Shown: positions 26,767 through 44,355 of the stretch, in pieces
Numbering within the stretch: position 1 is the first letter of the stretch
How the letters are laid out: every line of letters begins with the position of its first letter
Assembly (NCBI RefSeq): GCF_009914755.1
Contig: NC_060930.1
DNA length: 64,000 bases
Origin: the human T2T-CHM13v2.0 reference genome, Homo sapiens
Strand: one strand, 5' to 3'
Notes under the pieces: model-generated
The model's database searches: none
Told to the model about the DNA's origin: nothing
Seen by the model: only the letters and a program-made list of their open reading frames with translations
Translations under genes and position numbers: made by a program

Positions 26767-27964
26767 AGGCACTGAGAGTTCTCCAACTTGGTGGGTTTTT
26801 CCCCAAGGTTTCTGTCTGTTCCAATTCCTTTCCCTTTGCATATAAAATTTAAAATCAGGTTTCCTATAACTTTAAAGCATTCTGCTAGGATTTTCTTAGA
26901 TTGTACAAAATCTGTAGATCAATTTGGAGAAAATTGGCATCTTAATCATATTAGGTTTTCCAGTCCATCGGTAGTACATGTTTCTCCACTTACTTAGTAT
27001 GCAGATCCTAAATTCTATATTTTTTTAGAATTATACACAGGTATTTATTTTTGGAAAGTATTATAAGTAATGTGGTATTTTAAAATTTTTGATTTGCAAT
27101 GTTTAATAGTGGTGCATAGAAATATGACCAAATTTACACTGCTGATCTTATATCCTGTGCATTAGTAAGCTGATTGACTTCTAGGAAATTTTTAGAAAAT
27201 GTTTTGGAATTTTCTACAAAGACAAATATTTCATCTAGGGTAGGGACAGTTTTAATCATTTTCTTTTCCAATGTGAATATCTTTCATTTCTTTTCGTATC
27301 TTATTGCACTAGCTATGACTTTCAGTAGATTATTGAATAGCTGTGATAAGAGTGAAAATCTACGCAGAGTTCCTAACCTTAAGTGTATTTCACTTTCATT
27401 GTGAAGTCTGATATGATTGCAGGTTTTTATAGATGTTCTTTCTCATATTAAGGGAGTTTTCTTCTATTAATAGTTTTCTAAGAGTATTTTTGTTTCTAAA
27501 AGTTTGTTTTTAAATCAAGGATACATGTTAAATTTTGTCAGATGTGTTTCCCTTACGCCTTGATTTAATTATAAGGTTTTGCTTGTTTAGCCTGTTAATA
27601 TGGTGAACTGATTTTTCAAATTATAAACCAGCTTTACATTACTGAGGTAAATCCCATTCATTCTTGATGCATATTTCTTTTTAAATACTGCTGGGTTTAA
27701 TTTTCTATTTTGTTGAGCAATTTTTCTCAATGTGCTTTTATTTTCTTGTAATCATTTTGTCTGATTTTGCTACCAGGATAAGGTTGGTCTTACAAAATGA
27801 ATTAGGAAACATTTACTGTTTTTTTTTATTTTTCTGGAAATTTTTTTTGTGGAACTGGTGTTCATTTCAACTTTAAATGTTAGACAGAATTTGCAAGTGA
27901 TATCATCTGGGCCTAGATTTTTCTTTTATTTTAATGAGGATTTTCAACTATAAATTCTATTTGA

Positions 27965-27971
27965 TCTATCG

Positions 27972-28011
<40 letters not shown>

Positions 28012-28016
28012 GTCTA
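27965..28016. repeat. (TCTA)n tetranucleotide STR
   Basis: Visible tandem array. Confidence 0.95.
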
Positions 28017-28082
28017 TTGAACTGACTGTTGCCTACTTCTTTTCACATGAGTTTTGATGGTTTGGGTCTTTCAATAAATTAG

Positions 28083-28406
<324 letters not shown>

Positions 28407-29037
28407 TAGGTTGTTGAATTTATACACATGGAGTTGTCTACAGTATTTCCTTATTATCCTTTGAATGTTCACTGGGTCAGTCACATTATACGAATTCTTT
28501 TTCTATTTTTAATTGATACATTCTTTTTTATTTCTTGGTTAACTGGAAGATTATCAGTGGAGGTTTGTCAATTTTACTTATCTTTTTTGAATTTTTACTA
28601 AAATTTATCAGTGGAGGTTTATAAATTTCATATCCTTTCAAAAAAGCAGCATTTGTTTTTAATATTTTCTCTATTATCTTTCTGTTTTTAGATGTATTTT
28701 TCCTCTTTAAAATTCCCTTTTTTCTGCTTGTGTTTGGTTAGTTTACTCTTTTTTTTATCCAGTTTCTTAAAGTGGAAACCATTTTTCTTTTCCAATATTA
28801 GCATTTAAAGTTACACATTTCCCTCTAAGCTGTTCTCTGGCAGCATCTGTCAAAAATGTTTTTATATCCCTTACATTTTGATACATTGTATTTTAATATT
28901 CACTGTAAAATATTTTCTAATTTCCCTTGAAATGTCTTTATTTACAAATTATGTAGTGTGACTTTCAATTTCCAAATATTTGGCGAATTGATTTCTTGTT
29001 TATTTTAGTTGTTAATTCAGTTTAATTATGTTAGTGA

Positions 29038-29344
<307 letters not shown>

Positions 29345-30413
29345 CAGTTTAATTTTTTATGGTAAAAACCTACCTTGAATAATTCCCATCAGGTTTAATT
29401 TACTAGGTCTTGTTTTGTGATTCACAAATACAGTCTAACTTGGTGAATGTTTCATGTGTACCTGAAAAGAATATATATTATGCTATAGTTAGGTGGAGTT
29501 TTCTACATGATAGTGTTCAAATATTCTATATCCTTACTGATTTATTTTTACTTCTTTTATCAATTACTGAGAGAGTTGTGCTAAAGTCTCCAGGTATACC
29601 AGCTTTGTCTAGTTTTTCATTTCCTTCAATATGTTTTGTTTTATGTATCTAGAATCCCTGTTATTAGGTACATATGCACTTAGCATTGTTATGTCTTCTT
29701 GAAAAAATTGGCATTTTTCCCCTATATGATATCTTTCTTTATTCCCAGTGATTTGTTGTTGTTGTTCTAAAGTCTACTTTGTCTTCAGTTTTTAAAAAAA
29801 TAAATTGTGTTTCATCTTATATCCTTATTCATCTTTTATTCTAAACCTTTGTTCATCATTATATTTACCATTGGTTTCTTTAAATAGTATATTTTGATGT
29901 CTGGTTTCGTTTTTTATCTGACCTGAAATAACTGTCTTTTAGTTAGTATGTTTAGACCATTTACAGTTAATGTAGTTATTTCTATGGGTAGATTTATTTC
30001 CATCATTTTATTATTAGTTTTCCGTTTGTCAATCTACTGTTTTTTAATTCTATGATCTTTTTCCCTGTCTTTTTTTGAATTATTTGAGTTATTTTAGAAT
30101 TTAAACAATGAACCAATATTTTTACTATATTTCTTTCTGTTTGTGTGTATGCAGTTTATGTGGAGACTTTCTTTAGGCATTGCAAAGCATAATTTTGGGG
30201 GATTGTAACATACATAGAAATAAATAAGTACATTTATATATACAATATTTTTGTCTATTTAAAAAGTTACTCGACAACCTCTTCTTTCCTTAGAGTAGCT
30301 AAACATGCCATAAGTTGAAGCACAATACTTAGGTACACTTATATTTCATACAAAAACTTTGTTTAAAGTTTTATTATACTGATATTTATAAAATTCTTCT
30401 AAAACGTACTTTG

Positions 30414-30500
30414 GTGTATATGCATATGTGTGTGTATATATATGTGTATATATATGTTATGTGTGTGTATATATGTGTGTGTGTGTATATATACACACAC
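30414..30500. repeat. Mixed (TG)/(TA)/(CA) microsatellite
   Basis: Alternating purine-pyrimidine tract. Confidence 0.9.
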
Positions 30501-31856
30501 AAAGTAAATTTTAAATTCAGTGGGCCTGAATCTTTATGGAGATAATTTCTCATATTTAATTTATACTTTTTAAAAAATTTTAATTAAGTTGTATAAACAA
30601 TTTTGTATTACATGCTTATTCCACACCCCTAAATGTGATCTCTATTTAATCAGCACATAATATTTAGATTGTGTCCTCACCAAGTTCAATTCAATTATTG
30701 AGGAATACAAATTTTAGTCTTACAGGGACCGCTTCAGAAATGCAGAAAGACACCTGAAAAAATAAAGAAAAAAGAAATGATTTTTAAAACGTGTACTTTG
30801 TTTGAAAAAAAATTAAAACCATGCTACAGTTTACACATAATCAGAGAGAATTTGTGTTTTCTGATTGACCAGAGAAATTTTGTTTTCTGATTGTACCTAG
30901 AGAGATCACCAACTCTAGGAGCTCTCAGTCTAGAGAAGATACATTGTTAGTGATCCATGAATAGAAAAATAAACATTCAAAACAAATATTGATTACTGAG
31001 CCCAGAGACACCGCAACAGCAATATCGAATAAAATAAATCAGATATCCAAAAATATCAGTCAAGAGATTTCAGTCTTTTTCATACCCTTTCATAGTTTAT
31101 TCCAATGATCTGTCCTTATCCATTAAAGAATTAGTCTGTAAATAAGTATAGAAAATAAATAATGGCTTACATTTATTAAAATATATCAATAAGTTCTTGT
31201 TACAGAAAATGCTGTTTGTTTTGAAAAAAATAATTTTTATGTTTAAAAATATTTTTAAATATTCAAACTAGTGGTATAACTGTGGTGGGGCTTCCTGCTT
31301 GTAAGGCGTTGCTAAGAATAAATCTGTAATACCCAAAAAGAAATTGATTCTTTAAATCAATCTGTTTAGTTTAGATATAGCTGTGATTTTACTTTTAAGA
31401 TAATATCAAATTCTGATTGGAATGACCACCACTTGTGTTTCTGAGAATAAAACTGTATGACTCACAGAAAACACCCAAGAAAAAGAAATGATCCAACAAA
31501 CAAATAAATTGCTATTGCAGGCTAAATATCTTCCCTTTTTTTAAAAAAAAAAAACAAAACAGTTTCACTTTGAAGAGAAGTCCTCTGTTAAATTAGACAA
31601 ACTGACAGAGACTAAAGAGTACACTTCTTTCTCCTGTTGTTCCTTGTTCTGTGTGAATCATCCTTTGTTCACTGAATTACTGTTAACACCTTGGCACCAG
31701 AGATGATTAGTTCTTTGGCAATTCTGTTCTTTCTCCTTCCTCGGTAAAACAATGCAGACGTGCATTGCTAACAGAATGGTTTCAGATGAAGCTAGGCCTG
31801 TACTGATAATCCTAGGTAGACAGAAATACAGGCACTGAGATTCAGTTCTGCCCTGG

Positions 31857-32720
31857 TGTTGGAAGAGGCAATCTGCCATGGGCCTTGAGCTTCCTCTGCT
31901 TCTTCTTGCTGAGAAGGCCAAGAATGCGAAGCCCCGACTATGCTCTTCCCTGTATCAGTTCTGAGTTGTGCTTGCAGTGAGCGACCTTGTGGAATGGGGT
32001 AATGTCTATCTTCAGTTCCAGGGCAAGCTTCCTTCCACTAACAATAAGAAAAACCATAGAGCCTCACAATTGGTAGTTCTCTCCAAGAATGCAACCCACT
32101 GCACATGTAGGCATATAGTATGGGTCCTGTTATGGACTGAATTCTGACCCCCAAAATTCATATGTTGAAGCCCTGACTCCCAGTGCGATTGTTTCTGGAG
32201 ATAGGGTTTTTAGGAATTAATTAAGATTAGATGAGGTCATAAAAGTGGGACCCTAATCCCCAAGGACTGTGGCCTTATACGAAGAAGAAGAAGAGATCTA
32301 TCTTTTTGTCCTCTCAAGAAGGCAGGAAGTGAGCCCTGTCCAGCCATAGACTCTGCTAGTACCTTGATCTTGGACTTCCTATCCTCCTGAACTGTGAGAA
32401 AATAAATTTCTGTTGTTTTAATCACCTCAGCCTCTGATGTTTTCTTATGGCAGCCTGAGCTAATATAAGCTTTTTGTGTTGCTCTTATGGTTTTGAGCAG
32501 AAGTATGGGGAACTGCCACAAACATAAATGTCTAACTACTGCTTTTGTTGTTTAATAGAGGCTTTTGTCTGTTGCTCAGGACTCTCATCTCTTTTGCCAG
32601 GACCCTTGAAATAGTAACAGGCTAACTTGCTGGCTTATAAGTAGAATAAAACCTTAGAATGTTTACATTGCTTGACTCTAGCCCGCTCTCAGCCTAAAAT
32701 CACCAGCAGCTAGCCACTGT
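31857..32720 (+). mobile_element. Old LTR remnant (ERVL-like, family uncertain) split by an MLT1
   Basis: Starts tgttggaagaggcaatctgccatggg; aataaa at ~32645; continues either side of the MLT1. Confidence 0.4.
32128..32466 (+). mobile_element. MLT1A-like MaLR LTR
   Basis: tgttatggactgaatt...aaattcatatgttgaagccct...accttgatcttggacttcc...gtgagaaaataaatttctgttgttt. Confidence 0.9.
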
Positions 32721-35540
32721 TAATGATGATGATGATGGTGGTGGTGATGGTGAGGATAGTGATGGTAGCTCCTCCTGCTTCTGTAGCTATGACTATGACC
32801 TGTTTATGTACTAGATACCCAACACTTTGTATATATTATCCTAACAACAACTCAATGATCCTAACAACAACTCAATCAAGTTGCTAACGTGAATTAAGGG
32901 GAATTAATGAATTTGATTTATATTTTTAAAAGATTATTCTAACTGCCGTTAGAATGGGCAAAGGGGTCAGAGTAAAGCTAATACCTGCTGTAATAGTCTG
33001 TGGAAGACATAATAGAAGCTCCAACTTGTGCTTTGTCTACAATAGAAACTATACTGCATCTTAATCTGTTAGTGGTTTTAAAATAAATATTTGTGAGATG
33101 CTTATAGTCCAGTTACAACACAGAAAATGCAATACTACTCAATATTATTCTACTCATTTTGTTGTTTCAGGTTCCATAATTTATTTATCTTTCTTTATCC
33201 ACTAATTTCACACAAATCAAAGAAAGTAAAGGTTTAACAATTGTATGTCCAAAGCTCAAACTTTTATTCTCAAGCACTGTCCAGAAGTATCTAAAAGACA
33301 TTCACCTCAAGTTGTAGCTAGCTTTACAGAATGAAATCTGAATCCTTCAGAAGTCTTTTCATTATGGTGACCTACATTAAGTAGTAATAAGGGTAATCAA
33401 ATTGGAATATTTTTATCATAGAAATATACTTTCAGACCTTTAAAATATTCTTTTAAGGATTTATTCATTTCCAAAATGTATTTATAACACATTATTGGCT
33501 TATGCTATGTTTATGTCAGAAAACAGCTTTAATTTTACATCTTTCCTCAGGAATCAGCTATGGCCAAACCTGGTCTCTTTTCTCTCAAGCTGGCTAGATT
33601 TTCCCCTCTTGTCACATTGTTCTCATAGAGGCTATAGAAAATGAATGAGTCTCTGGCTTTCACTTCCTCACACTTCCTCAGGTTAAAAGGTTATGGTAAT
33701 CTCTATTTATAAATGGCTGTTTTCTGTTCTTCTCTTGTGCTCATAAGAAGGCAGCAATAGATACTTACAAAGTCACCTGCCCAAGAGGGCTTTGACTGGC
33801 TCTTGTAAATTCTTTCCTTTAGCTTTCTAGGAGCCCCCCAACCCTGGCTCCCTTGTTTGCCTCCCACATTAGTACCGCATAGTTTAATACTCAAGTGTAA
33901 GGCTCTTTGAATCAACCACCTGCTCTCTATGACTTGTACACCAAATTTTGCTAAGAACATGCTGTCTCTGTAGTGTTTTGTTTTGTTTTAAATTGCTTTT
34001 TAGGGAGATGTGTTTGCAGCACTACAAGAAATCTGTAGAAAAGTTTAGCGAAGAACAGAGAGTAGAACAAACTATTCATTCTGTTATTGTTCTGAAACAT
34101 GTCACCAGATACTGAATAATAAATGCCAAAAAAAACCTAAAATTTTAAGTGAAAGAAAAAAACTCTTCTTGAAAACTGTGCCAACTTCTAGAAGAAAATT
34201 ATTTACTAATTGCATTTTCTATTTATACATGTTATGGGATTAAAGATGCCGCAATGTTTTTATAAAAATTACTTTAATAAATTGCCTAAAAAATAGTTGG
34301 AGCTAATGTGGCCAAAATCATGTTGCTTTATTTATGGTTTACTCATTTTTATTTGCTTATATTTTAAGCTGTTTGAAGACATTGATCATGTTTTCTTGTG
34401 GTCTGTAGCTTGATGGGACTCTAGTTATTTTGAATGTTTATTAGTTATTGATTCACCATGATCTGATAACCAATTCCAATTTAACTCCTTGTTCTGGCTG
34501 TTCTTTTTATTATTCTCTTTTCTGGAAGCCTGTCTAAAAACCAGGTCTGAAGTCGTTATTCATAAGTAGTCAGTCTCTGTGCTCAGATTATCTGCATTAA
34601 AAGATCAATAGGACGTGGCCCCAGGACAGTCGACTATACTATTTCATTAACATAGTAACAAGATGGGAGGCTAATAATAATATTGCCTTGCTAATAGGTT
34701 TAAAGGGAAAATTAATTAGTTGATACTTGCAAAGATAATCTACATAGTCTAGCTTTTTTCCTTCACAGAAATGCACACATCATAAAGGAAACCCAAACAT
34801 TGTTATATACCACAAGCCAATGTCAGATTTTAAAAGCTAAGATATTCAATCTGAAGTTATCTGTCATATTTTTAATGAATAATTCAACATTTAACCCATT
34901 AATATTAACCTTTTCATTTTAAATACAGCCCAATGTCAAATATATATCAAAAAAACCTTTAGACTTAGTATGCCCTTTGACCAGAACCTCAGCTTCTAGA
35001 AATTCATTCAATGAAAATCATAATGAATATGTGCAAAGGTCTAATGAAAAGAATATAGATTAAAAACTGTATTTAGAATAGTGAAAAATAAACAAATGTT
35101 CAAAAGCAGGGGAAAAGCTAGGTAACTTATATAACAGTAAAAAATTCAAATACTCTGCCACCATTATGAAATTATATGATGGAAGAATATTTTCTTCTAC
35201 AAAAACAGCTTCTACATATTGTTAATAAAAATGTTTATGATAAATCTGATCCCTTTAAAATATGTCAAGTGATATGTAGAGTCCATTTTAAAATATACTA
35301 ACAAAAACAGAAAGAGAGAAGATAAAGAAGTAAATGTTAAAAAAATGATACTTGGAGCTGAGTGATGATCACAGAGGGTTTATTACACTATCCTTTCTTC
35401 TTCTCTGCATAGTTTAACATAAATTTACATAATACACAGTTAAATTTTTAAGAAATGCCTTAATTTCTGCTTAGAAACAACTAGAGGTGCCTTTGTTTAG
35501 AAAGAAAACCAAATACCTGTTTTTGCGTAATTTTAAAGTG

Positions 35541-35548
<8 letters not shown>

Positions 35549-35585
<37 letters not shown>

Positions 35586-35596
35586 GTGTGTGTATG
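35549..35596. repeat. (TG)n microsatellite
   Basis: ~17 perfect TG units plus degenerate flank. Confidence 0.95.
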
Positions 35597-35936
35597 TGTC
35601 AATCTAGAAGGGGAAAACTGTCAGCCAATCACAGTACTGTCCAATTTAACACTTGTAATAACTACCTGCACAAGAGCACAGAGGGCTAGGCAGTTAATTT
35701 TACTGAAAGATATTCAAGACATGAAATGAAAGAAAGTTTATTCAAATGATAAAAATAGTATTGCTGAGACAGCCAATGAGTTATGTAATGAATGGAGGTA
35801 GCTGCAAAACTTTGGTGAGAACTCATAGGTTAAATTTGAATAATTATCTGTATCCAAGGTCACCTACAACAGATTTCAACTCTATTTACACACTTTAGGC
35901 AGAAAAATGTGAAATTCAGAAATGAAATTTAAATAA
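35597..35936 (+). repeat. Left arm of a 340-bp inverted repeat
   Basis: Reverse complement of 37172-37511 with 20 substitutions and no indels. Confidence 0.97.
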
Positions 35937-37171
35937 ATTAAATATGTACACACACATACACACATATACATGTGTGTGCATATAAGTATGTATGTGTGTT
36001 TACTAGAATATGATAGGACTATTCATAAACTTTAACTTATGATCTTCCATATTTAAAAACAATTCTGCAGTCAACATTTATTACCTTTAGAATTTGAAAA
36101 AAATAATAATGATTATAAAAAAGTATAAATCCTGGTAACAAATTTTATTTCTACAGTATATAGAGACTTTAAATGTGTAAACCTTTAGTTTACCCATTAC
36201 CCAAATAGTTAGAGATCAATGAATTTATTTATAATACGGGATTTTAATAAACAATCTTTTCAGCAATTTGTGAATATGCTTCATTGATTGTGGAATCAAT
36301 AGGCTATTTCTAATGAATCTGGCATGTTAATGAATAATGGTTTGATCCAAATATTACATTCAAAGCAGTGAGACATTTATATTCCAGCAGGCAAGATCAT
36401 TTAAACCATTTAAACCCTGATTAGTTAACAGGCTGTATTCATGAGAAAGGTGTATTGATTTCAGTGGCTTTATTGATTTTAGGTCTGTTGAACCTAGACA
36501 CCTTGCAAATTTGTGGGCTGACTTCATTGACTACATTTCGATCTAATATATAGTTGTTTTTAGAAAGTGCTGTAAAAAGTTTCTGGCATCTGACCTTCGC
36601 TATATGGGATTATTAACCTGTAACTTTTTATTATTTTCAGATGCCTTTCATAGAGGAATGATAAAATCATTAATTTTAGCTTCTGTTATGTACAAAGGGT
36701 AAAGCATAAGTTAGGTACTGTTGAAAATTCAACTATTTAAAAAACATTATCCCTAAGAATTTGTTTGTGATTACAACCTTCTACATGAGAGTTGATTAAA
36801 AGAACCTAAGTCAAGCTGTTCTTCCACAGTGCTCTCTGACCACAGTGGCTTACCTGGCAAAAGGCAATAAAATATTAGAATAACATGGATCTGATGACTA
36901 TTTTTCTTTAAATTAACAGTATTTAATAATCATTTATATTTTATGTGATTATTTTAACTCTCAAATCAAATTTGCTGAGTTTTCTATAATGTTTTGATTC
37001 TAAATCTTTTGATAAGAATTCAATTTAAATTTGTCATATAGTTCAAGAGAAAAAAACTAATTCTGCTCTTATTATTTACTATATTGTGAATAACATGAAG
37101 TCTTCAAAAATTGGAAAAATAATTGTCTCACAAGTCATTTAATTACAGTTATCTAGAGTGATTAATGCAGA

Positions 37172-37511
37172 TTATTTAAATTTCACTTCTGGATTTCTCA
37201 TTTTTCTGCCTAAAATGTGTAAATAGAGTTGAAATCTGTTTTAAGTGACCTTGGATGTAGATAATTATTCAAATTTAAGCTATGAGTTCTCGCCAAAGTT
37301 TTGCATCTACCTCCATTCATTACATAACTCACTGGCTATCTCAGCAGTATTATTTTTATCATTTGAATAAACTTTCTTTCATTTCATGTCTTGAATATCT
37401 TTCAGTAAAATTAATTGCCTAGCCCTCTGTGCTCTTGTGCAAGTAGTTAATACAAGTGTTAAATTGGACAGTACTGTGATTGGCTGATAGATTTCCCCTT
37501 CTAGATTGACA
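37172..37511 (-). repeat. Right arm of a 340-bp inverted repeat
   Basis: e.g. gcctagccctctgtgctcttgtgc (37417-37440) is the reverse complement of gcacaagagcacagagggctaggc (35668-35691). Confidence 0.97.
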
Positions 37512-37929
37512 TAGATCCATGAATCAATTCAATCATGAAATAAAGACAGAAAAAACAAACAAACAAACATCTATTGACAGCCTAACATATGCCAGGGGTG
37601 CTTGCTAGATGATTAGCTTAGCAGCTATGGGCTTCAATGTTGGATTTTATTACCTGAGTCAGAATTCTTTATTTGCCAGTCACCAGCTGTTTGACCAATG
37701 ATTTAACTTTTCTATTCATTGTTCTCTTGAATGTAAAATGTTTAACTACTAGTTTCAAGTAACTGCTTTTAGGATATTTTTTACAACTAAATGAATTAAT
37801 ATATCTGAACCATTAGAAGAGCATCAATTATGTAAATCTCCCAATATACCAGCTATTGATATTTCATACTTCCCAGAATTTACAGTATTTTATTATTTAA
37901 ATATTGTTTGATTTGGTTATTTTTAAGTT

Positions 37930-40470
37930 ATGTTTATATCTTATGCACTGTCAAAGAATAATACAAAAGATCATGCAATGGAAAGAGAAACTCACTCTCC
38001 TCTCCGGTCCATGGTCCTAAGTCTCCAGAGATAAATAGCCATCTCTGGTTCTGTGGGCATAGTTTCACACATATTCCATGCATATACATGTATATACTTC
38101 CTCTTTTCTCTTTAATACAAATCAGCACATGCTAATAGAAACTGGCCTATACCTTACCCTTGTTTCACTTAATATATTTTGACAGTTTTATATTTCACTA
38201 AATATAGGAGAAGCTCATTCATTTTGACAGTGGCCTTGTGTAAACATAACCAGTCTCTTCATTCATAGATTCTAAGCTGTTTCTTTCTTTTTTTAAATCA
38301 TAATCAATGCTGTGATAATCATGTACATATATAGAATGATTAGATAATGTTTATATGTGTGTGTTTGTACACACACATATTCAAATACACATATATATTG
38401 ACATACACACATCTATTCACACAGATATATTCAAATATGTGTAAACACACACATATACTGTGTGTGTGTTTATTTTAATGCATGGATAAATATATCTGTT
38501 GAACAAATTCATGCAATTAGATTTTCTAGTTCAAAGAGGAATGTATTTTAAATGTTTTATAGATATTCTTAACCTGCTGTACATACTAATTTTGCCAATA
38601 TACGTTTTCAACAGAGTATGTGCTTATATGTGATTCACCACATAATCATCAACACAGTCATTTAATTTCCATATCTGTGAAAGGATGTATCTCACTATTT
38701 GCTTGGCATGATCCATTGCATCTTAGGAGTTTACTTACTTTTTTTGCCTTCTTTTAAAAAATTAATATATTAGAAAATTTCATTTTAATAGTATATCCTT
38801 ATCTTAGCTATTTTGCTCAGTTTCTTGTTTATATTTTATGATTTCTGTTATAATAGTTGGTTTTTCAAAGGCTTTTAGATTTTATGCAGTTAAATGTAAT
38901 TTTGTATGGCTTCTGGATCCATAGGCATTTCTAAAATAATTTCTCATGTTTACCTTAGCACATTTTCAATTTTATATTTTATATTTAAGTATTTTATTCA
39001 TGAAAAAGTTATTTTGATATACATTATAAGTTAAGAATCAAGATTTTAGTTCCTAAATAAAAAGCTCAGTCAACTCAAAAGAGTTTGTTAAATTAATCTT
39101 ATTGTTGCACTGCTTTAAAATGTTATTTTGATTATTTATTAAATATTTAAATATTTGTGCTTTTCTTTATTCTGTTCAAGTACTCTGTTTCTTCTTGTGC
39201 CAGTGCCACAGTTTTAGAATTGCTATAGCTCTTTACATTATGATGCATAATTGAATTAGTCCCCATTCATTACTCATCATTTTTCAAAGTTTTCCTAATT
39301 ATTCTCAAACAAATCTTAGTGTTAGCTTTGTTATCTTTCCAAAAAATGCTGCTGACTTTTTAATTGAGATTTTATAAAAGTATATTCTTTATTTTTAATA
39401 GGATTCATTAGTCTAATACATAGAAAATATAACTATTTTTAGTTTCTATGTAGAAAAGCAGTTTATTTTTACAGATTAATTTCATATTCAGCCTCCATCA
39501 TACTGAAACTTACTGTAGTTTCTAAGACTTTTTAAAGCTAATTTATAAATGTTTTCCAGGTATAAAATCATAAAATCTTCTAAAATGATAGTCTTCCTCT
39601 TGTTTTTCAGTTTTTACACTTATATTTTATTCTACTCTCCAGTTAAATTTTCTAATATTTGTGTTATAATGTTAAACAGTAGTGGTCCTAATGACATATT
39701 TTTATTGTTTCTGATTTTAATGCCACTTAGACAAATGGTCCTCAAACTTTAGCATGGAACAGTTCATACAAAGGGCTTGTTAAAACACAGATTGTTGCTC
39801 TCCACACCAGTCTTGATTCTGTAGGTGTGGGATGGGGGCAAAGCATATATATTTCCAACACGTTCTCAGGTGCATCTGACACACTCGGAACAAGGCCCCA
39901 CTTTGAGAACTACCATATGTTATCAGGCTCTTTAGTATAAAGCTGACTTTTGCTTCAAAATATCATGTACTTTTGATAATGTTAAGTGACCCTTTATTCT
40001 TTTTTATTAAGAGTTTTGTCAGAAATGAATGTGGGAGTTTTTCAAATGACTTCTGGGAATTCATAGAGCTGACAATATTGTTTTATTTCCTTTTCCTATT
40101 AACGTGATAAATTTCAATAATAGCTGTCCTAATACTGTAAAACCTTAGCATGCAATAAATTTGATAATGGCATTTTGCATTTTAATATGTTACTACTACA
40201 TTATAATTGACACTGTGAAGTTTTTTGTAAATGTCATTGAGTTTTCATTACTATATTTTTCTGCATTGTATATTGATGTTAAAAATCATTCCATAAATAT
40301 AATTTGAAATATTTTCTTCTCTACATATGTTCTAGAAGTAAAGTTATCATAGTAAAGTTATCAGTTTCTTGATGTTTTGATAGATTTCACTAAAGACATT
40401 TTTAGGATTGGCATTCTTTGTTATTTTCTTTTGTAGGTAAATACTGATAATTTTTACTTTTCTTAAAAAA
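37930..40470 (-). mobile_element. Very old L1 (L1ME-like), antisense, fragmented
   Basis: T-rich with ttttccaggtataaaatcat, gagttttgtcagaaatgaatgtg; interrupted by MER5A. Confidence 0.65.
39731..39913. mobile_element. MER5A (hAT-Charlie MITE)
   Basis: tggtcctcaaactttagcatg...gggcttgttaaaacacagattg...cactttgagaactac. Confidence 0.85.
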
Positions 40471-40487
40471 CCAATTGCTTTAGCAAT

Positions 40488-43755
<3,268 letters not shown>

Positions 43756-43945
43756 GAAACTGCTTGTAATTACATTCCCACATGAACAAACAATATGTAG
43801 TAATTTATGTAAAAGCACATATGTATGTACATGTGCGTTAAAAAAGTATGAAAACATAGTGACTATTATCTCCACCTGAAGAGATTTGGAATCATTTTTA
43901 TCCATTTCCTTATGCTTTTCTGTATTGCTTATTTTTCTGTTATTA

Positions 43946-44290
<345 letters not shown>

Positions 44291-44355
44291 AATCTGATTT
44301 CCTTAAACTATCAAAATAAATACTAATTTAATGGCCTCTAGTAAAATATTGTAGG

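Noticed and set aside
35597-37511. Inverted repeat as the TIRs of a DNA transposon
   Set aside because: No clear TSD (only a possible TA blurred by the TG tract), termini lack the CAG typical of Tc1/hAT, and no transposase remnant in the spacer; not fully excluded without a database search
35597-37511. Pre-miRNA or structured ncRNA gene
   Set aside because: A 1.2-kb loop is far too long and mismatches show no clear G-U strand bias
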